This document shows, one piece after another, positions 35,094 to 45,187 of a DNA stretch of 64,000 bases (within the stretch, counting starts at the first letter, position 1; every line of letters starts with the position of its first letter). This DNA is from Escherichia coli (GTDB taxonomy: Bacteria > Pseudomonadota > Gammaproteobacteria > Enterobacterales > Enterobacteriaceae). The notes under the pieces are model-generated. The model was not told the origin of the DNA, made no database searches, and was given only the letters and a program-made list of their open reading frames with translations. The position numbers were made by a program, and so were the translations under genes. The DNA is taken from assembly GCF_009931435.1 (NCBI RefSeq), contig NZ_CP043414.1; one strand, 5' to 3'.

Positions 35094-37400
35094 TCAATAC
35101 AACTCATCAAGTTTTCTCATCGCTTGTTCCCGTATTGCGCGCGTCTTACCGTTAAGCGCCAGCTGGCGAACTAAATCCAGTTCAGGGTTAACAAGCTCTA
35201 ACGCCAGCAAAGGATCACGTTTCAGCCTCGCCTTCAATACATCAACTGGAAAGCGGGGATTATTCATCGCCACAATCCACCACTCGGGATCAATTTCTGC
35301 CGCCAGTGCCGCAGGGGGGGTGTGGCGGTTGCTAAGTGCGCCGAACTTGAAAAATGTGAGATTGCTTTTCGCCAGTGTACTCCACCATATACGATCCGGT
35401 TGTTTTGCCAGTACATCCAGTTGTGCTAACGCATCGGGGTCGAGTGCATAATAAACACGTAACGCTTCGTTAACCTGCGCACGGGAACTGTTTTCCTGCC
35501 TCAGAAAAAACTTCGCCCAAATATCATTGCGTGGCGTGTTTTGCTGTAATTCCTTGAGAACAACAGCGGGTAAATCATCCCAACTAATTAATGCACTCTC
35601 TAAAAAGTCCCAGTCGTCCGAACGTATCAGAGAGGTGGCATTTAATAGCATCTGGTCATCAACTTCACCGTAGCTGATAAGCTCAGACAAAATCATATCA
35701 GCGCTGGTTTCATATGCATCTGAATCTGCTTTGGGATTATTTTTCCGATGCGATAAAGCACGTTGCCAAATTTTTTGTTTCATCGACGTGCTCAGATACT
35801 GATTTTTCGCCAGATTACTCCACCCCTCAGGATCGTTGAAACGTGTCAATAACCGTTGTAGAGCAGCGTCAGAGTGAATTACCTGCATATCCCGACAGCA
35901 AAAGTAGGCAGGGGATTTTTTCTCCATCCTTTTAACAAAATTAAACTGTAAGTTATCTGGCAATGCTAAAAATAACACACGTATTAGATCATCGTCATTC
36001 TCGAATTTTTGGTATAAATATACTGCTATTTTGTCACTCTCTTGTGGCGTCATCCGCAACAATTGACCATGGTGTTTCATCTCTGCCAGTTTGAACGCTA
36101 ATCTTGTGACAACATCGTTTGATGAATCGTTCGCCAACTGCATTGCCTGATTGTAGGTGAGTTGTCCTCCAGCACCGACTTGACGAATAGAGGAATCATC
36201 ACTGCGGATATAGCCATCAATAATGGATTCGGGCAATAACCACGCATCTTTATAAAGCTCCTGAATGATCATATCCCAATCTCTTTTCGCCAGAGTCATG
36301 ACGATATCCAGAGGGAGATTTTCACGTAGCGCAAGATTCAACGGACCGACACCATCAGGTAGATGACTCATTCGCGTCATTATTTCGACAGAGAGCGGTT
36401 CACGGTCGAGCAACCCCAGAACAACAGGCTGGTAACCTAATTGCTGATCGGTCAACTCCAGAATCTCATTGTCAGGCATATATCTCGCCATACTTGCAAT
36501 CGTTTTTTCATCATTGCTATTAATAAGTTGTTTGCGTAGGTTAGCTGAAATTCCTTTAAGCCTTGGGAGAGTTCGCATTATGGCAAGATCAAATGTCGCA
36601 ATATCTCGTCCTTCAAATGCAGCAACGTTGCCTTCATCCAGAATTTGCAATTCCTGCACTAACTCAGGAGAAGGCTTAGGGCGAAACAGCGCTTCTTTTT
36701 TCATCTGATTACAGACATTCCCTGCCATGCGAATATTGCTTCGCTTAAAAATTTCTTTCAGAGCATCTTCATCATTTATTAGACCCCAATAATATGCATC
36801 AGGATTTATTATCATCAGCGCTTTTTTGACATTTTCAGTGTCATTTTTATCACTCGCACGGACCATGAATTCACTATTTGTCGAAGACGCAACAACAGGT
36901 GCAATTATGTCATTGATAAATATCCCACGCGCATTAATACTCCCCTTAATCGTAGACGGATTATCGTAATATGAATCGATAAATACCAGTCCACTTGCAT
37001 TTATCGAACCGGTAATTAACAGTGGTGAATCCGTAACTATATTCGTTGCCGTCACGTTACCGAGAATAACCCATGGATTAGAAAGAGAGAAAGTGGAAAT
37101 ATTACCTTTGACTGTCAAATTGCCAAGAACAATCAATTTTTGATTACTCTCTATATTACCTTCTACCACTAAATCGCCACGATGCACTTTCCAGTCCGAT
37201 GCAGATAAACCGAAGGGGACAAGATTCACGCTACTGTTGATAGCTTGTTCAACTTGCTGTTTATCTTCAGCGGTAGCCGCAGATAAAAATGGATTAATAT
37301 CAACTGCATTTGCAACACATCGAAGTTCCGCCTGTACTGGAAGACTCAGGATAAACAGGGGAAGTAAACGTATCCAGCCGCAAATCCTGGCCTTAAACAT
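35094..37400 (-). CDS. ydbD: Periplasmic protein YdbD (DUF2773)
   Basis: 768-aa ORF from the ATG at 37400 with signal peptide; the listed ORF begins two codons earlier at a GTG. Confidence 0.9.
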   Translation of the reverse strand: MFKARICGWIRLLPLFILSLPVQAELRCVANAVDINPFLSAATAEDKQQVEQAINSSVNLVPFGLSASDWKVHRGDLVVEGNIESNQKLIVLGNLTVKGNISTFSLSNPWVILGNVTATNIVTDSPLLITGSINASGLVFIDSYYDNPSTIKGSINARGIFINDIIAPVVASSTNSEFMVRASDKNDTENVKKALMIINPDAYYWGLINDEDALKEIFKRSNIRMAGNVCNQMKKEALFRPKPSPELVQELQILDEGNVAAFEGRDIATFDLAIMRTLPRLKGISANLRKQLINSNDEKTIASMARYMPDNEILELTDQQLGYQPVVLGLLDREPLSVEIMTRMSHLPDGVGPLNLALRENLPLDIVMTLAKRDWDMIIQELYKDAWLLPESIIDGYIRSDDSSIRQVGAGGQLTYNQAMQLANDSSNDVVTRLAFKLAEMKHHGQLLRMTPQESDKIAVYLYQKFENDDDLIRVLFLALPDNLQFNFVKRMEKKSPAYFCCRDMQVIHSDAALQRLLTRFNDPEGWSNLAKNQYLSTSMKQKIWQRALSHRKNNPKADSDAYETSADMILSELISYGEVDDQMLLNATSLIRSDDWDFLESALISWDDLPAVVLKELQQNTPRNDIWAKFFLRQENSSRAQVNEALRVYYALDPDALAQLDVLAKQPDRIWWSTLAKSNLTFFKFGALSNRHTPPAALAAEIDPEWWIVAMNNPRFPVDVLKARLKRDPLLALELVNPELDLVRQLALNGKTRAIREQAMRKLDELY

Positions 37401-37463
37401 ATGCACTCCATGCCATTAAAAAAGAAACAAAAGGGAAATGCATCTTTCCCTTTTGTATATTCG

Positions 37464-38324
37464 TTATTCTCGCGAAATACCATCCAACGTAGACAACACG
37501 TCCGCAGAAAGATGCAATTTTTCAGCAGCCATATTCTCCCGTAAATGCGCAACAGAAGATGTTCCAGGAATCAACAAAATATTCGGTGAACGTTGTAACA
37601 GCCACGCCAGCGCTACCTGCATTGGTGTCGCATTAAGGCTCGCAGCAACATCGGAAAGCGTGGAGGATTGCAGCGGCGTAAAGCCCCCGAGCGGGAAGAA
37701 CGGCACGTAGGCAATGCCGTCACGAGCCAAAGCATCAATCATTGCGTCATCAGCACGATGAGCAATGTTGTATTCGTTCTGCACGCAGACGATTTCGGCA
37801 ATCTTGCGTGCCTCTGCAACCTGCGTCGGTGTGACGTTGCTCAGGCCAATATGTTTTACCAGGCCTTGTTGTCGCATCTCTGCCAGCACGGTCAGGCTGG
37901 CTTCAATCGATCCTTCCGCTGGGCCATGACCATCCCCCATCATAACGCGCAGGTTGACCACATCCAGTACGTCCAGTCCGAGATTACGTAGATTATCGTG
38001 TACCGCTTTTTGCAACTCTGCCGGAGAAAATGCGGGCAACCAGGAGGCGTCCTCTCCACGCCGCGCCCCAATTTTAGTAACAATGGTCAGGTCGTCAGAG
38101 TAAGGATAAAGCGCTTCGCGGATAATCTGATTGGTGACGTGTGGACCATAAAAGTCACTGGTATCAATGTGATTAACGCCTAATGCCAGCGCCTCGCGCA
38201 GCACGGTTATAGCGACGTGGCGATCCCTTGGGGGACCAAAAACTCCAGGACCTGCCAGTTGCATCGCGCCATAACCAAGACGGTTAACGGATTTTGTACC
38301 GAGAGTAAATGTGTTGCTGCTCAT
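37464..38324 (-). CDS. ydbC: Aldo-keto reductase YdbC (PdxI, pyridoxine 4-dehydrogenase)
   Basis: 286-aa AKR-family ORF. Confidence 0.9.
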   Translation of the reverse strand: MSSNTFTLGTKSVNRLGYGAMQLAGPGVFGPPRDRHVAITVLREALALGVNHIDTSDFYGPHVTNQIIREALYPYSDDLTIVTKIGARRGEDASWLPAFSPAELQKAVHDNLRNLGLDVLDVVNLRVMMGDGHGPAEGSIEASLTVLAEMRQQGLVKHIGLSNVTPTQVAEARKIAEIVCVQNEYNIAHRADDAMIDALARDGIAYVPFFPLGGFTPLQSSTLSDVAASLNATPMQVALAWLLQRSPNILLIPGTSSVAHLRENMAAEKLHLSADVLSTLDGISRE

Positions 38325-38478
38325 CGCACCCTGCCCTGTAATAAAACGGATTAAGAAAAATCAGTATAGAAACGAAAAGAGTTAAATAATGCGAAGGCGT
38401 AAACAAGATTACTGGATGAGTTGCTCTATTGTCCTGAAAAACACCAAAACAAAACGCGTCAAGCGCCGCATCCGGCAA

Positions 38479-38511
38479 TAAAAAACCGCAACCTGTATCA
38501 GCGTTGCGGTT
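38479..38511 (-). terminator. Intrinsic terminator downstream of ydbA
   Basis: Minus-strand hairpin AACCGCAAC-loop-GTTGCGGTT followed by TTTTTT; an adjacent REP-like GCCGGATGCGGCG half-site at about 38462-38477. Confidence 0.75.
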
Positions 38512-38531
38512 TATGCATCACATACTAAAAA

Positions 38532-41500
38532 TTAGAACGTTTTCTTGAAGTTCAGCATCACGCCTTTATCGCTGATACCATCCTCTTTCCAGTGGTAAGC
38601 ATCCAGATTCAGCGAACTTTCTTTGCTGCTGTACTTCACGCCGACGCTTGCCAGACTGTTGATGCCGCCGCCCTTCTGCCCATCATCGACATTAAAGTGC
38701 TGGCTGCCTGCGCCTGCCAGGCTTGCCGTGCGCTGGCTCTTGCTGTAGCTGAGGTTCGGCCCACCTTCCAGCGTGGCGTTCGCACTCCAGCCGTCTTTCC
38801 CTGCGTAGTCCAGCTTCAGCCCGACGATGCTGTCCACCGCCGTTTCGCTGCCGCTGTTCATGCTCAGGTTAAAGTCTCCGGCATTGCGCTCCTGATAGTC
38901 GCCTTCCAGCGTGTGACGCAGTTTCACACCCGCATATGGCGTGATTTTCAGCCCTTCGCGCGGTTCAAAGGTTTTCGCCCCTTCGCTGCGGAACTCCAGG
39001 TACTGTTGTTTCACATTCGTGTCTGCCGTCTTACTGATGTCGCCGTAAGCCACCGAACGGCTGCTGTCCAGTTGGTGAATATCGTAGCGCAGCGCGTTAT
39101 TCCAGCTCATACCGTTGTCAAAGGACATCTGATGCTTCAGGCCAAAGAACTGGCTGTAGCCGCCTGTAACACCATTATCACCCGCTTTCTGCGCACCATC
39201 GCCGTCCAGACGGGCGATACCGTACTCCAGGCTCATGGTCTGGTTTTCGCTCAGGTCGAGGGTTTTGCGCAGCGCCAGCATGTCGTACTCGGTATTATTC
39301 CCCAGCTCTGCACGCGGATCGCCTTTCGCCACCACGTTAAATGCCAGACCGTTGCCCATCTTCGGTGCTGCGTCTGCCAGCATACTAAAGCGATTGCTTA
39401 ACACACGCGCTTCGCGGAATACCGTGGTCGCCTGGCTACCGCTAATTTGCTTAAGTGCGCTGTTCAGCTCTGCAGTGGTGCCGACGTTCAGACTGGTATA
39501 CAGCTCATTGTTGGTGTAACCCGCATCCAGCGCTTTTGCCACGTCATTCACTGAGGCATCCGTCGCCACATCGGTGTAGGCTTTTTTGCTCATGGTCACG
39601 TCAACGTTGCCGCTGGCGTCGGTACTGCCTGTCGCCTGCCAGACAACAGATGTCGAAGTGATCGCTTGCGCATCGGTCAGGTTGCTGCCTTGCACCACAT
39701 CATCAAAGCTGGCGGTTTTGTCCGCCGTTCCCGCCGCAAAAGCAGTGTTGATCTCCACGCCTTTCATACTGGCGTTATTGACCATCAGCTTACCAGCGCT
39801 ACCATCGGCGTTCGTCCCCACCACGTAACCATTGAGGTTGTTCATGCCATCGTTGCGGCTAACGGAAGAAGAATGACTGTCGTCGTATGGCGTAATGGTG
39901 GGTTCTTCCGGCGCGGTAAAGTCGACATAGTGTACTTCCGTACCGTCTCCCCCTTCACCACTGCCCTCCATCACCGTGCCAGATTGTTTAATTAATCCGG
40001 AACCATTCACGCTGTCGTCAATATAAACAGTGCCGTTGTTAACAATATGACCATTGCTCCCGAGCTTGCTGAAGGCATATGAATTGCTGGCATATATATT
40101 GATGGTGCCGTTATTCTCAATCACCGCATCAGCCGTGGCATCGGATTCCAGTTGCATCCCTACCATGCCTGTCCTGGTAGTTCCTTGCGTGCCAACGTTA
40201 ATGGTGCCGTTGTTGATCATTTTGGCTTTACCGTGCGCCGACATCGCCACATTACTATTTTTGTCGATATTAATAATGCCGTCGTTTATTGCCTTGCTGG
40301 CCGTGTTTGATGTCAGGATCTGCCCGTTGATGAAGCCAGACTGGCCATTATAGAACGTATGCCCATCACCACCGGTGCTAATTCTCATGTCACCTTCTAC
40401 TGTCCCCCAATTATTAAAATGTCCTGTCCACAGCGCATTCGTCGCCACCGTTGCCACACTGCCTTCCAGATTGTTGAAGGTGCCACCTTTATCAACCGAT
40501 GCATTATTTACGGTACCAGCATTATTAAAGGTAGAGGCTGCAGCAAAAGTTATTTTCTCTACTTTTCCACCGGCCTGATTATTCATTACGGCAGACCCGG
40601 AAGAACCTTTCCAGGCGTTCACCGTTCCGGTGTTATAAAAATTGCTGGCCCACTGGTCAACCGTGTTGATGCTGCCTGAGTTGTGAATAACCGATCCTGC
40701 AACAGTCGTTCCGACTTGCCCGCTCACCGTACCTTCGTTAGTGAACACGCCGCCATCCACAGAAACAGTTTTTGTCGTGCCGTGGTTGGTGTATTCCCCA
40801 CCGGTTGCGATATCAACCTCAATAATACTGCCCGTGGTTTCATTGACCAGATGACCAAAGTCAGCCACGGTGACAGGTCCCCCGGTGACCGTACCCGTGT
40901 TTGTTACCAGGGTTTCGGCGGTTGCCGTGATATCAGTAGTACCGCCATATGAATACAGGTTAAGCGTTTCCCCGTCAGCCGAAATAATGTCACCATTTCT
41001 CCAGCTTAATGAAACAAACCCGTCAGTCGGGTTATAGGCGTTATTGTCCTGGCATTTCCCAAAAGTACAGATGGATCCGTAATTAACGATAGTCCCGCTG
41101 CCATCGTTATAGAACGCCTGCCCGTTTTCAGCATTAATATTGATGATGCCCGTCTGATCATTAATCGCAGTGGCACCATTGTAAACAGCCATGCCGACCA
41201 ATTTATTTGGCCCCAGCGTATCATCATCATTTTCATTTACTTCCAGATTTATAGTTCCCTGGTTAATAATAATGTTACCTGGCTTCATCGCAGCCATACC
41301 GGCACCGGAATTATAGAGTGTTATTTCACCACCCTGCTGGTTAATGGCGGTAGAATTAACGCTGGCACCAGAACTGTCTGTACCCACAGCCATCCCGACA
41401 GCATAATCTTTGGCGCTGTCATGAGCGATATTGGACGCCAGACTGGAAGTATCGTTTTCATCAACCCATAATGCGTCAATGAAAATCTTACCCATATTGT

Positions 41501-44024
41501 CAATGGTTGAATTATTGGAGGCCAGCATGCCAACACTCCCCCGGCCGTACATTTGGATCTCACCGGCAGTATTATTTAAAGCGGTGCCATTGTTGCCTGC
41601 CGTCATCCCCGTCAGACTAATGACTTGATTATTAAAAATTAAAGGGTCACTCAAACCTTGAGCGTTCAGACTATTGAAAATACGTCCCTGCGCGAGTACC
41701 TTACTGGTGATGGCACTGTTATTAACAACTCGACCACCATAGACGCTCAAATACGCAGAACTAGCAGAGTCTGATGTATTCCCCTCTACGCCGTAGATAG
41801 AAATCGTTACGTTGTTATTATTTACAGCTAGCGACTCTTCACCAGTAGCCCTGGCAAAGCCAATATTACCCAGTTCTACATCACCATTATTTATCATCTG
41901 CGAACCGGAATTCACCAGTACAACCTGTGATGTGTCACTATTATAATGTTCAAATGTATTTATATCTTTTAGGATAAAAGTGGCGTTGCGGCCAAGTTCT
42001 AAATGGGCTCGGTTATTCAGTTGAATGATATCGCCTAATCCAAGCGGAAAAACACCACTGATTGTTGAATCCCCATTTAGATACAGAGTAGAGTGCCCAT
42101 CGATTTTGATAACAGGCGTATCGCCATAACCATTACGTTTTAAAGCAGGTGTGGAGCCATCCTGTAGAGTATTTTCTTCGCCAGCTAAATGGATACCACC
42201 ATTAATTTCGACGGTATTACCGTCACCCGACACAACCAGACCATTAATATTTTCCTGGCTGCCATCCATTTCATTATAGATACGAGAAGTGACTTCACTG
42301 TCAGCAACAACGGTAAGATTGCCATTTAATACGATATTATTGTCGTGTCCCTGCACCTGAATGCCAACAGAAGGGGTAAAAAAGTCATTTATTGAATGCT
42401 CTCCGGCCTGATTTTTATCCACCAGAATATTACCGGTAATTTCAACTTCATTGCCATCACCGGCTACATTTACCCCTGTCGCAACACTGCCGGTCACATT
42501 AAGCTCATTTGTCGCCAGCGTCATGGCGTTATTATTTCCAGAGACATCCAGACCGGTTGAATAATCCCCTACATCCACACGGCCAGCCAGAGAAATCAGA
42601 CCATCATCTCCGATGATGCGAATCCCGGTACTGAAATTATCAGCAATGATGTCCCCCACATTGATAAGGGTAGAATGATTACCCTCAATCAGAATCCCTG
42701 TCGCATTGGCCTCTGAACTACCATTACTGACGGATATATCCCCCCTGTTAATGAACGTCGACGCATCACCACTGAGAGAAACACCCTGCGAATTTTCATC
42801 CACGACCGTTATATTTCCTTTGTTGCTGACGATCGCGCCATTACCCTCAACATCAATACCCCGTGCAGCATTGCTAACGTATAAATCCCCTTCCTGTATA
42901 ACCGTCGCATTATTACCAACGATTTTGCTGCCCGTTGAATTTTGCCCATCAACCGTCATATGTCCTTTATTATCGGTCCTGACATCATTACCGCTAATAA
43001 CGGCCCCTATTCCGCCGTTATTGACAGTGGAGTCGCCAGTGTTATTTAAGATTGTACGATCGCCATTGACGATAACCGCCGTGCCAGCATCGACCACCGT
43101 CTGACCGTTATTATTGATGGTTATATTATCGCCGGTCAGGATACCGACCACCGAACCTTCACCGACAGCCTCTGTTTTACCCTCGTTTGTCAGCGCAATG
43201 TTGTTACCATTAATCATCATCACCGTGCCGCCATTCAGGGCCGTGTTACCGCCCTGGTCAGTGATAATCGCATCATTAACGGTAATTATTCTGTCCGTTG
43301 TTCCATCAGACACGACACTGGCTAACTGTGTGACGTGGAGTTTACCTTCGTCATCGTAGCGCCATTCCATATCACCTGTGGTACTCACACCACTAAACAT
43401 GGCGGTATGAGTCTCTTCATGGTTTTCCCACTCAGTCACAATGGTTTTTCGGCCATCTTTTGCCGTCAGCGTGTAGCTACCATCTTCATTTTGGGTATAA
43501 GTGAACGTCGCCCCGCGAATCTTCAGGGTTTGCGCGTCCTTGTCCCATGTCACATTGTTATCAAAGACAACGGGTTCTGTTCTCGGGGGGTCAACATCAT
43601 CACCGCTATTGTCGGGTGGAGTAACATTACCGCCGTTATCTGGCTTTACAGGTATACCTGAATCTTCATCACTGGGAACGGGTAGCGGTAGAGGGCCATT
43701 ATCATCTGGCGGTATGGGCTGGGGAAAAGAAGAGTGAGCAGAATGATCATTGTCATGAGACAATTCAATCACTGCGAGTGTTGCCAGTACCGCCGTGGCA
43801 CCTAATGCCAGTAACGAGCTGAAACCATTATTTGTAACAACAGCACATTTTTCTGGCACTGTTTTCAACTTCGTTGACGGTCGGGCGTGCCCTTCTGACT
43901 GACATGTCATTTGAGAGCTTCTGCGCATACTGTCTGCACTCTCGCCTTCTGTTATTTCCGCCCCCCAGCTTTGGCCACTTAACGCTATAGCGATACACGC
44001 TGATAATAACGTTTTCTTTTGCAT
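38532..44024 (-). CDS. ydbA: Giant autotransporter adhesin YdbA, uninterrupted 1830-aa frame
   Basis: Signal peptide, long degenerate beta-helical passenger repeats (N-x-G-x-I/V motifs) and C-terminal beta-barrel translocator ending ...MLNFKKTF. Confidence 0.9.
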   Translation of the reverse strand: MQKKTLLSACIAIALSGQSWGAEITEGESADSMRRSSQMTCQSEGHARPSTKLKTVPEKCAVVTNNGFSSLLALGATAVLATLAVIELSHDNDHSAHSSFPQPIPPDDNGPLPLPVPSDEDSGIPVKPDNGGNVTPPDNSGDDVDPPRTEPVVFDNNVTWDKDAQTLKIRGATFTYTQNEDGSYTLTAKDGRKTIVTEWENHEETHTAMFSGVSTTGDMEWRYDDEGKLHVTQLASVVSDGTTDRIITVNDAIITDQGGNTALNGGTVMMINGNNIALTNEGKTEAVGEGSVVGILTGDNITINNNGQTVVDAGTAVIVNGDRTILNNTGDSTVNNGGIGAVISGNDVRTDNKGHMTVDGQNSTGSKIVGNNATVIQEGDLYVSNAARGIDVEGNGAIVSNKGNITVVDENSQGVSLSGDASTFINRGDISVSNGSSEANATGILIEGNHSTLINVGDIIADNFSTGIRIIGDDGLISLAGRVDVGDYSTGLDVSGNNNAMTLATNELNVTGSVATGVNVAGDGNEVEITGNILVDKNQAGEHSINDFFTPSVGIQVQGHDNNIVLNGNLTVVADSEVTSRIYNEMDGSQENINGLVVSGDGNTVEINGGIHLAGEENTLQDGSTPALKRNGYGDTPVIKIDGHSTLYLNGDSTISGVFPLGLGDIIQLNNRAHLELGRNATFILKDINTFEHYNSDTSQVVLVNSGSQMINNGDVELGNIGFARATGEESLAVNNNNVTISIYGVEGNTSDSASSAYLSVYGGRVVNNSAITSKVLAQGRIFNSLNAQGLSDPLIFNNQVISLTGMTAGNNGTALNNTAGEIQMYGRGSVGMLASNNSTIDNMGKIFIDALWVDENDTSSLASNIAHDSAKDYAVGMAVGTDSSGASVNSTAINQQGGEITLYNSGAGMAAMKPGNIIINQGTINLEVNENDDDTLGPNKLVGMAVYNGATAINDQTGIININAENGQAFYNDGSGTIVNYGSICTFGKCQDNNAYNPTDGFVSLSWRNGDIISADGETLNLYSYGGTTDITATAETLVTNTGTVTGGPVTVADFGHLVNETTGSIIEVDIATGGEYTNHGTTKTVSVDGGVFTNEGTVSGQVGTTVAGSVIHNSGSINTVDQWASNFYNTGTVNAWKGSSGSAVMNNQAGGKVEKITFAAASTFNNAGTVNNASVDKGGTFNNLEGSVATVATNALWTGHFNNWGTVEGDMRISTGGDGHTFYNGQSGFINGQILTSNTASKAINDGIINIDKNSNVAMSAHGKAKMINNGTINVGTQGTTRTGMVGMQLESDATADAVIENNGTINIYASNSYAFSKLGSNGHIVNNGTVYIDDSVNGSGLIKQSGTVMEGSGEGGDGTEVHYVDFTAPEEPTITPYDDSHSSSVSRNDGMNNLNGYVVGTNADGSAGKLMVNNASMKGVEINTAFAAGTADKTASFDDVVQGSNLTDAQAITSTSVVWQATGSTDASGNVDVTMSKKAYTDVATDASVNDVAKALDAGYTNNELYTSLNVGTTAELNSALKQISGSQATTVFREARVLSNRFSMLADAAPKMGNGLAFNVVAKGDPRAELGNNTEYDMLALRKTLDLSENQTMSLEYGIARLDGDGAQKAGDNGVTGGYSQFFGLKHQMSFDNGMSWNNALRYDIHQLDSSRSVAYGDISKTADTNVKQQYLEFRSEGAKTFEPREGLKITPYAGVKLRHTLEGDYQERNAGDFNLSMNSGSETAVDSIVGLKLDYAGKDGWSANATLEGGPNLSYSKSQRTASLAGAGSQHFNVDDGQKGGGINSLASVGVKYSSKESSLNLDAYHWKEDGISDKGVMLNFKKTF

Positions 44025-44670
44025 GAGAAATCCTTTTCAATGAATGACATTTCAAATAATAAAATATGAGTAATAGATAAGAAATAGCCACAGGCTGTGT
44101 CATGATTTAATGCCTGCTCTTGAAATTTTATTTAGCAATCCCAGAACATTCAACTTAATTAGTATTTCGAAACCTCAATGTAGACACATAAAAAACAAAT
44201 TATTCGATTACTTAGGCTATTTGTTGCATTAATACACATCCTCTAACAATAATCAGACAAAAAGCAATGTCAGCGTCAAATTGGGTAGCTGATTCATATT
44301 ACTGACCACTCCGGAAATTCATTCATCGTGAAAATATTAACATTTCAACCATGTTCCATTTAATCAACCCACTGAAAATCTGGAGGTTATCTACTGCGGT
44401 TTGTTGTTGACTGCCCCTGACAGGTTTACCAGGCGTTGACAGAAGATGAGGCTTGCAAGATGCTAAAAACAATGTGGTGTTACAAGCAATCCCATAAACC
44501 TCGTAACTTCACTTAAATGAGCGATGCCGTCCATATTTGGGTTGACTATAAAAACCCTTAATATTGAGGTTGATGATGATATTCATGATGGCATTGGAAA
44601 AATAGGACACCCATAAAATATCTATACAGCCTTTAAATTAAATCATTGAAATATCGCTGTTGCATAGTGC

Positions 44671-44997
44671 TTATTTTTGCAACCATTTCCCGTTAATTCC
44701 CTGCACATATTCCCCCGGTTTGGCCCGAGCTACAAGCTTTTGTCCGGCAAGCTTCGCGATATCATCTACCGATACATTATTTTGCTTTGCCAGTTGTTGA
44801 TAACTCACTTTACGTGCGGCATTAATCTCGGTTACTAATTTCTCTGTTTCAGCATCCGTTTTCAACGCAACCAAATAACCGTTAAATGTTTCACCTACCC
44901 GCCCCTGAATTCTGGCCTCGTCCAGTGTTAATGCCACTACATTGCTGCTTACCAGTCCAACAAGAAACGCACAAAGAAGTAATGTTTTCTTCATCAT
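44671..44997 (-). CDS. ydbL: Periplasmic protein YdbL (DUF1318)
   Basis: Start set at MMKKTLLLCAFLVGLVSS (signal peptide); the listed ORF extends 26 codons upstream into ynbE. Confidence 0.85.
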   Translation of the reverse strand: MMKKTLLLCAFLVGLVSSNVVALTLDEARIQGRVGETFNGYLVALKTDAETEKLVTEINAARKVSYQQLAKQNNVSVDDIAKLAGQKLVARAKPGEYVQGINGKWLQK

Positions 44998-45001
44998 CCC
45001 C

Positions 45002-45187
45002 TCAGAAAAGATCGCTACGGGTTTTGAGTAAATCTTCGACATCTTTGTCTGCCTTAATGATGATCTCATGCTCAATTTTAACGTTCATATTGATAGTGAT
45101 CGGTTCCTTAGGTGCAGCGACTTCAATGCGAGGCGTACAGCCAACCAGCATAAAAGATGACGTCAACGCAGCCAGTAAAATTTTCAT
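45002..45187 (-). CDS. ynbE: Lipoprotein YnbE
   Basis: 61-aa ORF MKILLAALTSSFMLVGCTPRIE... with lipobox; 4-nt overlap with ydbH. Confidence 0.9.
   Translation of the reverse strand: MKILLAALTSSFMLVGCTPRIEVAAPKEPITINMNVKIEHEIIIKADKDVEDLLKTRSDLF

Noticed and set aside
38592-43737. Listed plus-strand ORFs up to 269 aa within ydbA
   Set aside because: Antisense frames of a repeat-rich, Gly/Asn/Thr-biased gene; such sequence generates long open antisense frames by composition alone.
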